Shown here: piece by piece, positions 1 through 7,317 of the stretch
How the letters are laid out: every line of letters starts with the position of its first letter
Numbering within the stretch: position 1 is the stretch's first letter
IMG/VR virus record: IMGVR_UViG_3300025706_000025
DNA: 20,000 nt
Strand: one strand, 5' to 3'
Source of the DNA: an uncultured virus (IMG/VR IMGVR_UViG_3300025706_000025)
Taxonomy: Duplodnaviria > Heunggongvirae > Uroviricota > Caudoviricetes
Made by a program: the position numbers and the translations under genes
The notes under the pieces: generated by a model
Seen by the model: only the letters and a program-made list of their open reading frames with translations
The model's database searches: none
What the model was told of the DNA's origin: nothing

Positions 1-1622
1 GCCTGCTCGAACTGGCTGTCTTCCAACGTGGCGCGGTACGGCGTGCTGGTGATCACGATGTTGTACTCGCCGACCGTCAGGTCGTTGGTGATCTCACCGG
101 TGCTCTCATTGTACTGATTGACCGGAACTTCTTCGGCCGCCATGAGCAGATCGTCGTGGGTGATGTTGATCAGGCGTTCCTCGGTGTAATACTCCTGAAT
201 CATGTCGATCAGGTTCCGGGCAATCAGGAAGTCGGTGCGCTCCAGATTGTCCATCACCTTCGTGGTGTTGGTGCTGCCAGCCTGTTGCTTGGCCTGAATC
301 GCCTTGGCGGCCACGTCCTCGCGGTCGAAGCCCTGCATCGAGTCCGAGATGTTGCTGATCGTCTTGATGTGCTCTTCGGCCTTGTAGCTGATCCGGTCGA
401 GACCCTGCGGCGTGGCATTCGGGGTGATCTTCTCCGCGCCGGCGACGTCATCCAGCTCCAGCACGAGGCCGGTCGAGGCGCCCTTCTGCTCCAGTTCCTC
501 GATCGACATGTTCTTCAGGGCACCGGTTTTGATCTTCCAGCCGCTGTTCGCCGTGGTGTTCACGACGTGCAGCTCTTGGCTGGAAACCTTGTTCAGGAGT
601 TCCTGCGGCCCCAAGAGGTTTTCCACCAGCCCGATGGTGCGGCCGTAGCGGAAGTACGGGAAGTACGGAATGACCGTGAAGTGCTTGTACGGCGACCAAT
701 CGTCATGGAGAACGATGTTGTCGGCCGTGACAGTCCAGCGTATGCGTTTAACCAGCTTCTTGGTGGTCGATACTCGGCCGCCTGCTTTTTCGATGACGGA
801 GGCGATGCGATTTCGATCCCAGCTTGTCGGAATTGGTCGCATATCTCCTGTCTCAATATCGACGAAATGCAATTGCTTGTCGAGTTTTCGATATTGTCGA
901 TCGAGTACGCGAATGTTTCGGCGGACGTCGCTCGGATCAGTGACACCGTAATATCCTGCAAGCGGTAATACACCGCCGAATCGATCACGGACGCGTTCAA
1001 TGGAGTCGTAACCGTAGGGGAAAGAGGAACCATCTTTGAGCTTCAGGAGTTCTGCGTCATCTTCGGAATACAGGACAGCGATGTCCTGCGGCGTGGCCCA
1101 CTTGGTCGTGAAGACGTCGTTCCACTTGTCCGGGTCGTATTCCTCGGCATCCGGGTCAATCACGACGTTCTTGGAGTTGAGGTTCTCGATGCGCGCCTCA
1201 CCGATCATGCTGTCGGTGAAGTCGAGGCGGAGGTCAATGAAGCCTCGGCTGCGGATGACGCCGTCGGCGAACAGCTCAGAGCGCACCCATGGCAACTGGT
1301 TGTTCTGGGCGATCTGCTTGAAGACCTTCGTCATCGCGTCGGCAGTATCGGTGTTGGCGCCGGTGGACGGCCGCAGGATTGTCTCGCTGCGGTTGTAAAT
1401 CTGCTGGCCGAACAACGTGCCGAGCGTGCTGATGATCTTGTTGATCGTGATGGCGGGCCGGCGCTGGAGCGCCAGCGTGTTCAGGTCACTCTGTAACCAC
1501 TGATCGCCGGCGAAGAACTTGTCGCACTTGTCTGCCTTGTTGACGAATTCCAAATGGCCACGATCGCGGCAATACTGAAAGCGCATCCATTGCTCGCTGG
1601 CGATGTGGTTATTGACTGGCAT
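1..1622 (-). CDS. Portal protein, P22-like family (3' end runs off the window)
   Basis: Manual translation from ATG at 1622 (MPVNNHIASEQWMRFQYCRDRGH...FFAGDQW...RRPAITINKI...IDPDAEEYDPDKWNDVFTTKW...HFTVIPYFPYFRYGRTIGLVENLLGPQELLNK...) is open to position 1. The GDQW, RPxxTINKI and PQxxxNK motifs match P22-like portals, and the gene lies downstream of terL. It is missing from the ORF track because it has no stop in the window. Confidence 0.92.
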   Translation of the reverse strand, partial: MPVNNHIASEQWMRFQYCRDRGHLEFVNKADKCDKFFAGDQWLQSDLNTLALQRRPAITINKIISTLGTLFGQQIYNRSETILRPSTGANTDTADAMTKVFKQIAQNNQLPWVRSELFADGVIRSRGFIDLRLDFTDSMIGEARIENLNSKNVVIDPDAEEYDPDKWNDVFTTKWATPQDIAVLYSEDDAELLKLKDGSSFPYGYDSIERVRDRFGGVLPLAGYYGVTDPSDVRRNIRVLDRQYRKLDKQLHFVDIETGDMRPIPTSWDRNRIASVIEKAGGRVSTTKKLVKRIRWTVTADNIVLHDDWSPYKHFTVIPYFPYFRYGRTIGLVENLLGPQELLNKVSSQELHVVNTTANSGWKIKTGALKNMSIEELEQKGASTGLVLELDDVAGAEKITPNATPQGLDRISYKAEEHIKTISNISDSMQGFDREDVAAKAIQAKQQAGSTNTTKVMDNLERTDFLIARNLIDMIQEYYTEERLINITHDDLLMAAEEVPVNQYNESTGEITNDLTVGEYNIVITSTPYRATLEDSQFEQ

Positions 1623-1803
1623 AGATGTCCTTGATCTTGGTGTAAAGCTCGCGTAGTTCGTCTTCCGACATTTGCTGCAAGTCCGGTTTCTTCCACACGT
1701 TATGATTGCCCCATGCTTCGGCTATCAATGCGGCGTAGTCGCCTCGGGTTAATTCACGCGGTACGCCGGCCCCCCGAACGGCGTCCACGAGCATTTCTTT
1801 CAT
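1609..1803 (-). CDS. Small hypothetical protein (64 aa)
   Basis: ATGA overlap with the upstream gene at 1800-1803. Its 3' end overlaps the portal start, so it fits the operon. Confidence 0.7.
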   Translation of the reverse strand: MKEMLVDAVRGAGVPRELTRGDYAALIAEAWGNHNVWKKPDLQQMSEDELRELYTKIKDIYASQ

Positions 1804-2153
1804 CGCAAGAAGCGCAACTTGTATGCGGTGCTGGCGATCAGATCGCGGATTTCATCGAGGGTGTTGAGCAAGTTGCTGTCGGATGCATCGAGGCCTTTGG
1901 CGCACTCGTCGACGCATTCACGCAAGTCGTCCATGAGCAAGATCGGGTCGGAATACGGAGAGTATTTCGCCGGGTAGCTGTCAATCAGCGCATGCTCGCC
2001 TTGGTATGCTTCGGCGAGGCCGTCGACCAAATCGATGATTCCTTCATAGAATCCTTGGAGAGCGACGTGCTGTGCGTACGACCGGCTCTTCAGGTGAAGG
2101 ACATGCGCCGTGGTGCGCGCATGGAAAAGCTCCATTACCAGTTTCCCGATCAT
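1800..2153 (-). CDS. Ferritin/Dps-like four-helix protein (DUF5856-like), 117 aa
   Basis: MIGKLVMELFHARTTAHVLHLKSRSYAQHVALQGFYEGIIDLVDGLAEAYQG carries the H-x6-Y-x2-H-x-AL-x2-FY...D-x3-E pattern of Dps-like proteins and ends in YKLRFL. Start set at ATG 2153 (GGAG RBS, ATGA overlap with upstream gene). Confidence 0.78.
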   Translation of the reverse strand: MIGKLVMELFHARTTAHVLHLKSRSYAQHVALQGFYEGIIDLVDGLAEAYQGEHALIDSYPAKYSPYSDPILLMDDLRECVDECAKGLDASDSNLLNTLDEIRDLIASTAYKLRFLR

Positions 2154-2476
2154 TTCGGCTCCACGATTTCCCAAGCGACGACAGAAGTATCCGTGGCGTC
2201 TGCGGAAGTGATGGTGAACGAAGTGCCGACGACGCGAGCGGTCACGGCCATGGCCTTGGCAGCGGTCACGGTGCCGAGGGCTTGTTGTTGCAAGAAGATT
2301 CGGGAGTTGGCCGTCACGATGGAGGAGTTGATGGTAGCGGTGCCGGCCACCAGCGTGGCCACGCCCATGGCGGAATCCGCGTCGCCTTCCTTGATCTTGT
2401 CGCCGTCGCCGTTACGCGAGGCGGGCGGGTCGTAGTTGTCGTTTCCGATGTAAGGGCTGGAGTTCGTTTTGCTCAT
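2150..2476 (-). CDS. Putative small virion protein (Thr/Ala/Val-rich beta-strand domain), 108 aa
   Basis: ATG at 2476 preceded by GAAAGGA. GVATLVAGTATINSSIVTANSRIFL...GTSFTITS...DTSVVAWEIVEP resembles beta-rich domains of phage fiber/decoration proteins. Confidence 0.65.
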   Translation of the reverse strand: MSKTNSSPYIGNDNYDPPASRNGDGDKIKEGDADSAMGVATLVAGTATINSSIVTANSRIFLQQQALGTVTAAKAMAVTARVVGTSFTITSADATDTSVVAWEIVEPK

Positions 2477-2503
2477 GGTGTTCCTTTCGTCAGATTGCGC
2501 GAG

Positions 2504-2512
2504 ATTGTAGCA
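2504..2512 (-). promoter_or_regulatory. Possible extended -10 promoter (TGC-TACAAT) between terL and the 108-aa gene
   Basis: The minus strand reads TGCTACAAT about 28 nt upstream of the ATG at 2476. No good -35 element. Confidence 0.3.
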
Positions 2513-2516
2513 GAGA

Positions 2517-5222
2517 TTATGCCGCCATGTGTGAGGTCTCGCCGGCCCCCTCAGTGAAAGCGCCGAGCTTATCACGCCAGCTCTTCGTTTTCGGTGGCGG
2601 CTTCGGTCGGGGTGCTGAGCGGGTAAGCGTCAGGCGCACGCACCACGCCGCCGCATCGACTTGGTCGTCGTGCTTGCCGGCCGGGAATGTCATCAGCTCA
2701 CGTACGAACGCGCCGGTCCACGCCTCGTCCTTCTTGATGAACACCTTGTGCAGCTGCATCCGGCCCTTGAGCGGGTTTGCCCGCACCAGTTTGTCCGTCA
2801 GCGGCTGGAGAATCTCGAAGGTGGTGTAGTGCTGGCGCTCAAGGCAGCGCTTCTCGTACTGCGCCCTGATCGACTTGAAAATCTGCCCGTCCTCGAAGCC
2901 CAGCAAGTCTGCGCCCCAGTTGATGCTCTGGTCAATCATGTGCTCGACGATCGCATTACCGTCGTCGGAGCGGAAGCGCAGGACGTGCAGCACGTAGAGG
3001 TTGTCGAACTCATCCTGCCCGATCGTGCAGCAGACCGTGTAGTCGTTGTGGGTGGCCTCGGTGATCGCGAAGTCCCATGCCTGATAGATGAACATGTTCC
3101 GGCGCTGCGGAGCATGCACGTAGTAGTGGATCATCTCCTTGCTGAAGTAGATACCGTCGTCAGGCGTCGGGTTCTGCTGGTACAGCGCCTGCCACACCCG
3201 CTTCTGGCCGCTGGCCACGAGGTTGCGCTTGATCCGCAGCATCGCCTCGGTGTCGTAGCGCGCCGGGTGGATCGCCGTGCCGCGCGGCCGGGTGAGCTTC
3301 GCGCCTTCCGGGATTGTGGATTCCGGGGCGTACTGCACGATGCTGTCGTCGAGCAGCAGATACTCGTCGCCCTCGTCGTTGATCGCCGGGTACTTGATCA
3401 CCTCGAAGACGTCGCCGTCGCCGCTGGCCATCACCTGCTGAATCTTCCCGGCCCAGTCATCTTCGTTCCACCACGTATTCGAAACGCATAAACCGTTCGC
3501 GATGAAATTCGTCGTTCTATCAACCTGAATATCGAAAACCTCCTCCACGCCGTCCGGCTCTATAGACAGAATTTCACTTAGCGTGAAGTCCGAGGTATCG
3601 TGCAGCGGCTCGTGCGACGGGCTCAGTTCTAATATGTCCGATTCCGGCGTTGCAGTCGTTGCAGAGTAGGCCCCTGACTTTGCCAGTGTCGTGGCAGTGG
3701 TCGACTGCGAGGGCGTAGTTCCACACGCTTGGGTTGCGTCGTCCGTCCCCCTTACAAATGGCGCAGACACCTCCTTGCTGTTCGAGAAGCGCGTCGTAAT
3801 CTGCGAGAGTAATCCCGTAGCGATGCTTGAGCCGCGCTTCACGGCGCTTCTCCCAATCGACAGCGCTCGGGCTACGGTGCCCGTCCGCCCAGCGTTTCTT
3901 CCCATAGTGCGAGTCGCATAACCCCCTGCATTTAGCCGGTTTGTCGCACCCTTCAACAGAACAGGATGTTCCCTTCCACTTTCCCCACTGCCCTTTAAGG
4001 TTACGATTCTGTTCGCCGTACTCAAGCTTCTCGCCCTGATCCATTTTAGTTCTCCGGTCGCGGTTGTCGCCAAAAACGGGTGTCTTCCGTTTGCCCGCAC
4101 CACTTTACCAGAAATCATCGTGATTTTCAGCACGGAATCAGGCCCGACGCTCTTTTGCTTGTCCACTCTGGTCGTCGTCAGCTTACCGTTCTCGTAGGTA
4201 GCGATCATGTCGTCTCCACGGATGAGCGCAAGTGGTTTTTCCGTGCCGTCCGCCATCATCACCGGTGTATCGCCAGTCATGCACATGATACCCAGCACAC
4301 CGCCGCCGGGGGCGAGGCGGGTGTATGCCGTCGAGCCATACCACTCCCACGTGTTTTCCCGGATCGTCGGGCTGTCCGCGGCCTCGATGTCCTTTACGAG
4401 GTCATCAAGCAGAAGGATGTGGGCGCCGCGGCCGGTAATACCGGTGCCGACGCCGGCCGCCATGTAGCCACCGCCAGACAGCGTGTTCCAGTTTTCAACG
4501 CTCTGGCTAGTCGGGTCAAGGCGCATGTCTGGAAAGAGGGCTTGGAAGCTCGGGTCACGGGTGAGATCACGGATATACCTCGAAAAGGACAGGGTCAGGG
4601 ACGATGTGTGGCTGGCAGCGATGATTTCCCACTCTGGGTGCTGCCCGAGCACCCACGGCGGGAAGTGCCTTGATCCTAGCTCGCTCTTTCCAGAGCGCGG
4701 GGGCATCATCAGGAGCAGGCGCGGGGACTGGCCCGCCTCAACCTGCTGCATGAACCGCTCCAGCCGGCGGCATATGTCCTCATGCACCCACCCGGCCATG
4801 TATTTCGGGCGGTAACGCTGCACGAACGGCAAGAAGCGCCGGCGGCACAGCGCCCGGTGGGCCATTTCCTTCTCCGGGTCTGCCTCTGCTTCCTTCAGAT
4901 CGAAGGCCGGGGCGGCGTAGGGCAGCTCGAAGGCCTCGTCAAGCGCCTGCTGAAGGGCGGGATTCGACGCCTTGGGTATCTTCGGGGTGGCTGGCTCTGT
5001 CTGGGGTGCCTTCTTGGCTGCGCGAGCGGCGGCGAATGAGTCCGTACCGAGCGGCCGAACGATGATTTCCGGGTATTTCGAGACTTTGGCCGGTGGTTCA
5101 GCGGGTGCCGGGGGCGGTACGCCGGCGTCGACACAGAATGGGCACTGTCCATTGGCATCCAGCGTCGAGGTTTCGCGCTCTGTCTCACAGGTAGAGCAGG
5201 GAGTGAAATCATTCGTCGACAC
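2517..5222 (-). CDS. terL: Terminase large subunit precursor, intein-containing (901 aa; ~632 aa after splicing)
   Basis: Walker A MPPRSGKS, Walker B ILLLDD preceded by GITGRGAH, QALYQQNP, RNase H-like nuclease motifs AWDFA, DKLVRA and FPAGKHDDQVDA. Removing the intein rejoins GGGVLGIM|TWWNEDDWAG, the usual terminase coupling-motif region. Confidence 0.97.
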   Translation of the reverse strand: MSTNDFTPCSTCETERETSTLDANGQCPFCVDAGVPPPAPAEPPAKVSKYPEIIVRPLGTDSFAAARAAKKAPQTEPATPKIPKASNPALQQALDEAFELPYAAPAFDLKEAEADPEKEMAHRALCRRRFLPFVQRYRPKYMAGWVHEDICRRLERFMQQVEAGQSPRLLLMMPPRSGKSELGSRHFPPWVLGQHPEWEIIAASHTSSLTLSFSRYIRDLTRDPSFQALFPDMRLDPTSQSVENWNTLSGGGYMAAGVGTGITGRGAHILLLDDLVKDIEAADSPTIRENTWEWYGSTAYTRLAPGGGVLGIMCMTGDTPVMMADGTEKPLALIRGDDMIATYENGKLTTTRVDKQKSVGPDSVLKITMISGKVVRANGRHPFLATTATGELKWIRARSLSTANRIVTLKGSGESGREHPVLLKGATNRLNAGGYATRTMGRNAGRTGTVARALSIGRSAVKRGSSIATGLLSQITTRFSNSKEVSAPFVRGTDDATQACGTTPSQSTTATTLAKSGAYSATTATPESDILELSPSHEPLHDTSDFTLSEILSIEPDGVEEVFDIQVDRTTNFIANGLCVSNTWWNEDDWAGKIQQVMASGDGDVFEVIKYPAINDEGDEYLLLDDSIVQYAPESTIPEGAKLTRPRGTAIHPARYDTEAMLRIKRNLVASGQKRVWQALYQQNPTPDDGIYFSKEMIHYYVHAPQRRNMFIYQAWDFAITEATHNDYTVCCTIGQDEFDNLYVLHVLRFRSDDGNAIVEHMIDQSINWGADLLGFEDGQIFKSIRAQYEKRCLERQHYTTFEILQPLTDKLVRANPLKGRMQLHKVFIKKDEAWTGAFVRELMTFPAGKHDDQVDAAAWCVRLTLTRSAPRPKPPPKTKSWRDKLGAFTEGAGETSHMAA
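3477..4283 (-). mobile_element. Intein (Hint domain, 269 aa) in TerL
   Basis: Block A CMTGDTPVMMADG starts at Cys314, block B is VRANGRHPFL, block F is EEVFDIQV, block G is NFIANGLCVSN, followed by +1 Thr. The element is in frame with both exteins. Confidence 0.94.
3574..4044 (-). CDS. Endonuclease VII-family HNH (putative homing) endonuclease nested out of frame within the intein, 156 aa
   Basis: YGITLADYDALLEQQGGVCAIC...LAVDHCHDTGKVRGLLCNDCNAGIG is the recombination endonuclease VII signature. It has an N-terminal CSVEGCDKPAKCRGLCDSHY Zn-finger-like motif and its own RBS (CCGGAGAACTAAA-ATG). Confidence 0.93.
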   Translation of the reverse strand: MDQGEKLEYGEQNRNLKGQWGKWKGTSCSVEGCDKPAKCRGLCDSHYGKKRWADGHRSPSAVDWEKRREARLKHRYGITLADYDALLEQQGGVCAICKGDGRRNPSVWNYALAVDHCHDTGKVRGLLCNDCNAGIGHIRTEPVARAAARYLGLHAK

Positions 5223-5718
5223 GGGTGCTCTCTCCCTCTATGGCTGTGACACGCCCAGCGATGATGTCGAACAGCTCGGCATCCGTCATGGACTCGTATT
5301 TCGATTGCAGACGCTTCTGGCTGCCAGAGATTTCCAGTTTCTTGACCTCCGGTGCATACAAGCCCAGCACTTTCGCCGTCTCGGACCAGCCCTTGATCAT
5401 GCTGGCCGGGTCTGCTGCCAGCTTGGCCATGTTGATGGCCTCCATGAACCCATCGATGACGTCCGCCCGTGTGATCTGAGAGGCGCTGGACAACTCGTCT
5501 CGCGCCGCCGTCAGTGCCCGCTGCACGGCGACCGTCTTTTCGACTGCATTTCCCTGCGCTATCGGTCTTGCATACCCGGCCGCGCGGGCGGCAGCGATAT
5601 TGTCTTTCCCCAGCATCTTGGCATCCACGAAGGCGGCCTGCTGCTCGGTGAGAAGAATCGACTTTGGACGTTCCGCCGTGATCGGTTTCTCCTTGGACTT
5701 CGGTTTCGCTCTCGCCAC
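5209..5718 (-). CDS. terS: Terminase small subunit
   Basis: LTEQQAAFV...NIAAARAAGYA HTH-type motif and ITRADVIDGF...AKVLGLY, typical of small terminases. It lies directly upstream of terL and overlaps it. Confidence 0.87.
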   Translation of the reverse strand: MARAKPKSKEKPITAERPKSILLTEQQAAFVDAKMLGKDNIAAARAAGYARPIAQGNAVEKTVAVQRALTAARDELSSASQITRADVIDGFMEAINMAKLAADPASMIKGWSETAKVLGLYAPEVKKLEISGSQKRLQSKYESMTDAELFDIIAGRVTAIEGESTRVDE

Positions 5719-5746
5719 TCGATTACTTCCTGAAAAAATTTCAAAA

Positions 5747-5752
5747 ATTATA
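5747..5752 (-). promoter_or_regulatory. Perfect sigma70 -10 box (TATAAT) upstream of terS
   Basis: Minus-strand TATAAT ~29 nt upstream of the terS start, in AT-rich DNA. The -35 element is poor. Confidence 0.4.
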
Positions 5753-5843
5753 CGAGAGAGTCATTCTAAAAGATAGGGTATGCCACTTGGGTAAAGAATC
5801 CACGGGAAAATTTTCAAAAAATATAGCGGTTTGAAAAAAAAAA

Positions 5844-5902
5844 TGAAAAATATTGAAACGGCGTGGATTTCGAATTGAAAAATATTGAAACGGCGTGGAT
5901 TT
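5844..5902. repeat. 27-bp perfect direct repeat, 2 copies
   Basis: TGAAAAATATTGAAACGGCGTGGATTT at 5844-5870 and 5876-5902. Confidence 0.95.
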
Positions 5903-5995
5903 ATCCGCGGTAGTGCCCTCCCCCTCCGTCCCAAAACCCGTACCCCACTTCGGATTCGGTTTCGGGTTTCTGGGAAAGGAGTCTCTTGACTGGCA

Positions 5996-6038
5996 GTCCG
6001 CTCGTCCCTCGCGGACGTCGTGCGTTGTGGTGTGCAGA
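5996..6038 (+). promoter_or_regulatory. Conserved hairpin element, copy 1 (putative phage early promoter or leader)
   Basis: GTCCGC-TCGTCCCTC-GCGGAC hairpin followed by GTCGT-N6-TGGTGTGCAGA. It is repeated at 7318-7360 and precedes the first + strand gene. Confidence 0.6.
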
Positions 6039-6075
6039 GGAAGATTGGCTTCCTCGTCCATCAAGGAGAAACACC

Positions 6076-6336
6076 ATGACCCGCATCACGAAGAATGAAT
6101 TGGTTGCCATCAATGCACGTCTGTCCGCCGAGGTTGCCGAGCTGCGTGCGCAACTGTCTGCCGCCAAGGTGCAGCGCCACGTCGAGAGCAACGTGCGCCC
6201 CACCAAAGAGCACGAGTATGCGACCCGTGAAGAGGCGATCGCCGCGTGCAAGCGCTTGGCTTCGACCGAGCTGATCAGCCGCGCGAGCATCAGCGTGGTT
6301 GGCAACACGGTGATCGTCCGCGCACGCGCACATTGA
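6076..6336 (+). CDS. Hypothetical protein (86 aa, N-terminal coiled coil)
   Basis: AAGGAG RBS, then ATG 6076 (MTRITKNELVAINARLSAEVAELRAQL...). Confidence 0.8.
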   Translation: MTRITKNELVAINARLSAEVAELRAQLSAAKVQRHVESNVRPTKEHEYATREEAIAACKRLASTELISRASISVVGNTVIVRARAH

Positions 6337-6390
6337 TTAACCAGCAGGAGGGACATCTGTCCTTCCTGAACTACTGTCACGGAGAATTAC

Positions 6391-6537
6391 ATGACAAATC
6401 TTCTCAGGGAAATCCAGTGGGAACAGAGCGGACGCTTCTGCGACCTTGACGACACGTTCTGCTTGCGCATTCACCATGGTGATTGGTGCGAGTGCCAAGC
6501 GAACATCACGTTCCTCGCCGGTCTCGGCTACGTCTAG
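6391..6537 (+). CDS. Hypothetical protein (48 aa)
   Basis: GGAGAATTAC-ATG start. Translates as MTNLLREIQWEQSGRFCDLDDTFCLRIHHGDWCECQANITFLAGLGYV*; below the ORF-track cutoff. Confidence 0.7.
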   Translation: MTNLLREIQWEQSGRFCDLDDTFCLRIHHGDWCECQANITFLAGLGYV

Positions 6538-6546
6538 GAGAATCAC

Positions 6547-6774
6547 ATGTCAGGCATTATCGACAACAACGGTGTGCAATGGGAACACTGCACGGTATGC
6601 GGCACCATGGTGCGGCTAGACGATCTCGGTTACGAGCCACCGAGCGAGCAACACAAGCACGGGCGTGACATCTGTCTTTCGTGCACCAATCAGCACGACG
6701 ACATAGAGTCAATCGTTCCTGCTCACAGGTGGGTCGCTCAATACGAAGGAGAATCACATGACACGGCGTTCTGA
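6547..6774 (+). CDS. Putative Zn-finger protein (75 aa)
   Basis: TAGGAGAATCAC-ATG start; CTVC...CLSC pair. Confidence 0.75.
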   Translation: MSGIIDNNGVQWEHCTVCGTMVRLDDLGYEPPSEQHKHGRDICLSCTNQHDDIESIVPAHRWVAQYEGESHDTAF

Positions 6775-6904
6775 TTTCTCGCCTTACTCCAAACTGATGT
6801 TCCAGTTGTTTGGCAGTCCGCTTGGCGTCGCTGCCGAACTCAACGTCTTCGTCGATGACTACGGCGACTACGTTGTTACTTCGCACACCACATGGTGGTA
6901 TTGA
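6758..6904 (+). CDS. Hypothetical protein (48 aa)
   Basis: AAGGAGAATCAC-ATG start. Translates as MTRRSDFSPYSKLMFQLFGSPLGVAAELNVFVDDYGDYVVTSHTTWWY*. Confidence 0.65.
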   Translation: MTRRSDFSPYSKLMFQLFGSPLGVAAELNVFVDDYGDYVVTSHTTWWY

Positions 6905-6906
6905 GC

Positions 6907-6981
6907 ACATGACGCTGACATGTGTCCGTCGATGATTTTGTGCATCGCGAAACATGACGCTGACATGCATGTCGGCGTCAT
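6907..6981. repeat. 16-bp direct repeat plus 28-bp near-perfect palindrome
   Basis: ACATGACGCTGACATG at 6907-6922 and 6952-6967. ATGACGCTGACATG|CATGTCGGCGTCAT (6954-6981) is palindromic with one mismatch and no loop. Confidence 0.9.
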
Positions 6982-7250
6982 TTTCATGCTATGACAGATT
7001 CATTATGACAAACAAATATGGAACAATGTTCCGAGTTTCAAAACTTCAGCGGCAGAACAATATTTACTTATTCTCTACCTTTCTTTTATTATTTTATGTA
7101 ATTGAAAGTAGTAGTAGTAGTTATAAATAATAAAGAGAGTAATAAATACAAGCACTTAGCGTGTCTTTTGTTCCGTATCTTAGTCACTTTTCGACCCTCA
7201 AAAACGGCTCGGAGACTGCCTATTATTTAAGCACACCTCGGCCGTCGCAA

Positions 7251-7295
7251 TGTTAGTGGTCACTAACAAGTGGAACAAGGTTAGTGGTCACTAAC
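7251..7295. promoter_or_regulatory. Tandem operator-like palindromes GTTAGTG-GT-CACTAAC
   Basis: Identical 16-bp palindromes at 7252-7267 and 7280-7295 (28-bp period), just upstream of hairpin element copy 2. Confidence 0.7.
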
Positions 7296-7317
7296 TTGAG
7301 AATTATTACATCGTCAT

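Noticed and set aside
156..968. 270-aa + strand ORF
   Set aside because: In-register antisense shadow of the GC3-rich portal gene, with no RBS.
800..1010. Resemblance of the portal +1 frame peptide to SPFH or MscS fragments
   Set aside because: Short by-eye similarity only, which cannot be supported without a profile search.
2661..3491. 276-aa + strand ORF (also 1713-2435, 4080-4673, 4972-5733)
   Set aside because: Antisense shadows of terL, terS and neighbouring genes.
3477..4283. Group I intron carrying the HNH gene
   Set aside because: The terL frame is uninterrupted and all intein blocks (A, B, F, G, +1 Thr) are present, so protein splicing explains the insertion.
5844..7295. CRISPR or mini-array interpretation of the direct repeats
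   Set aside because: Only two copies each, spacers of 5, 12 or 29 nt, and no cas genes in the window.
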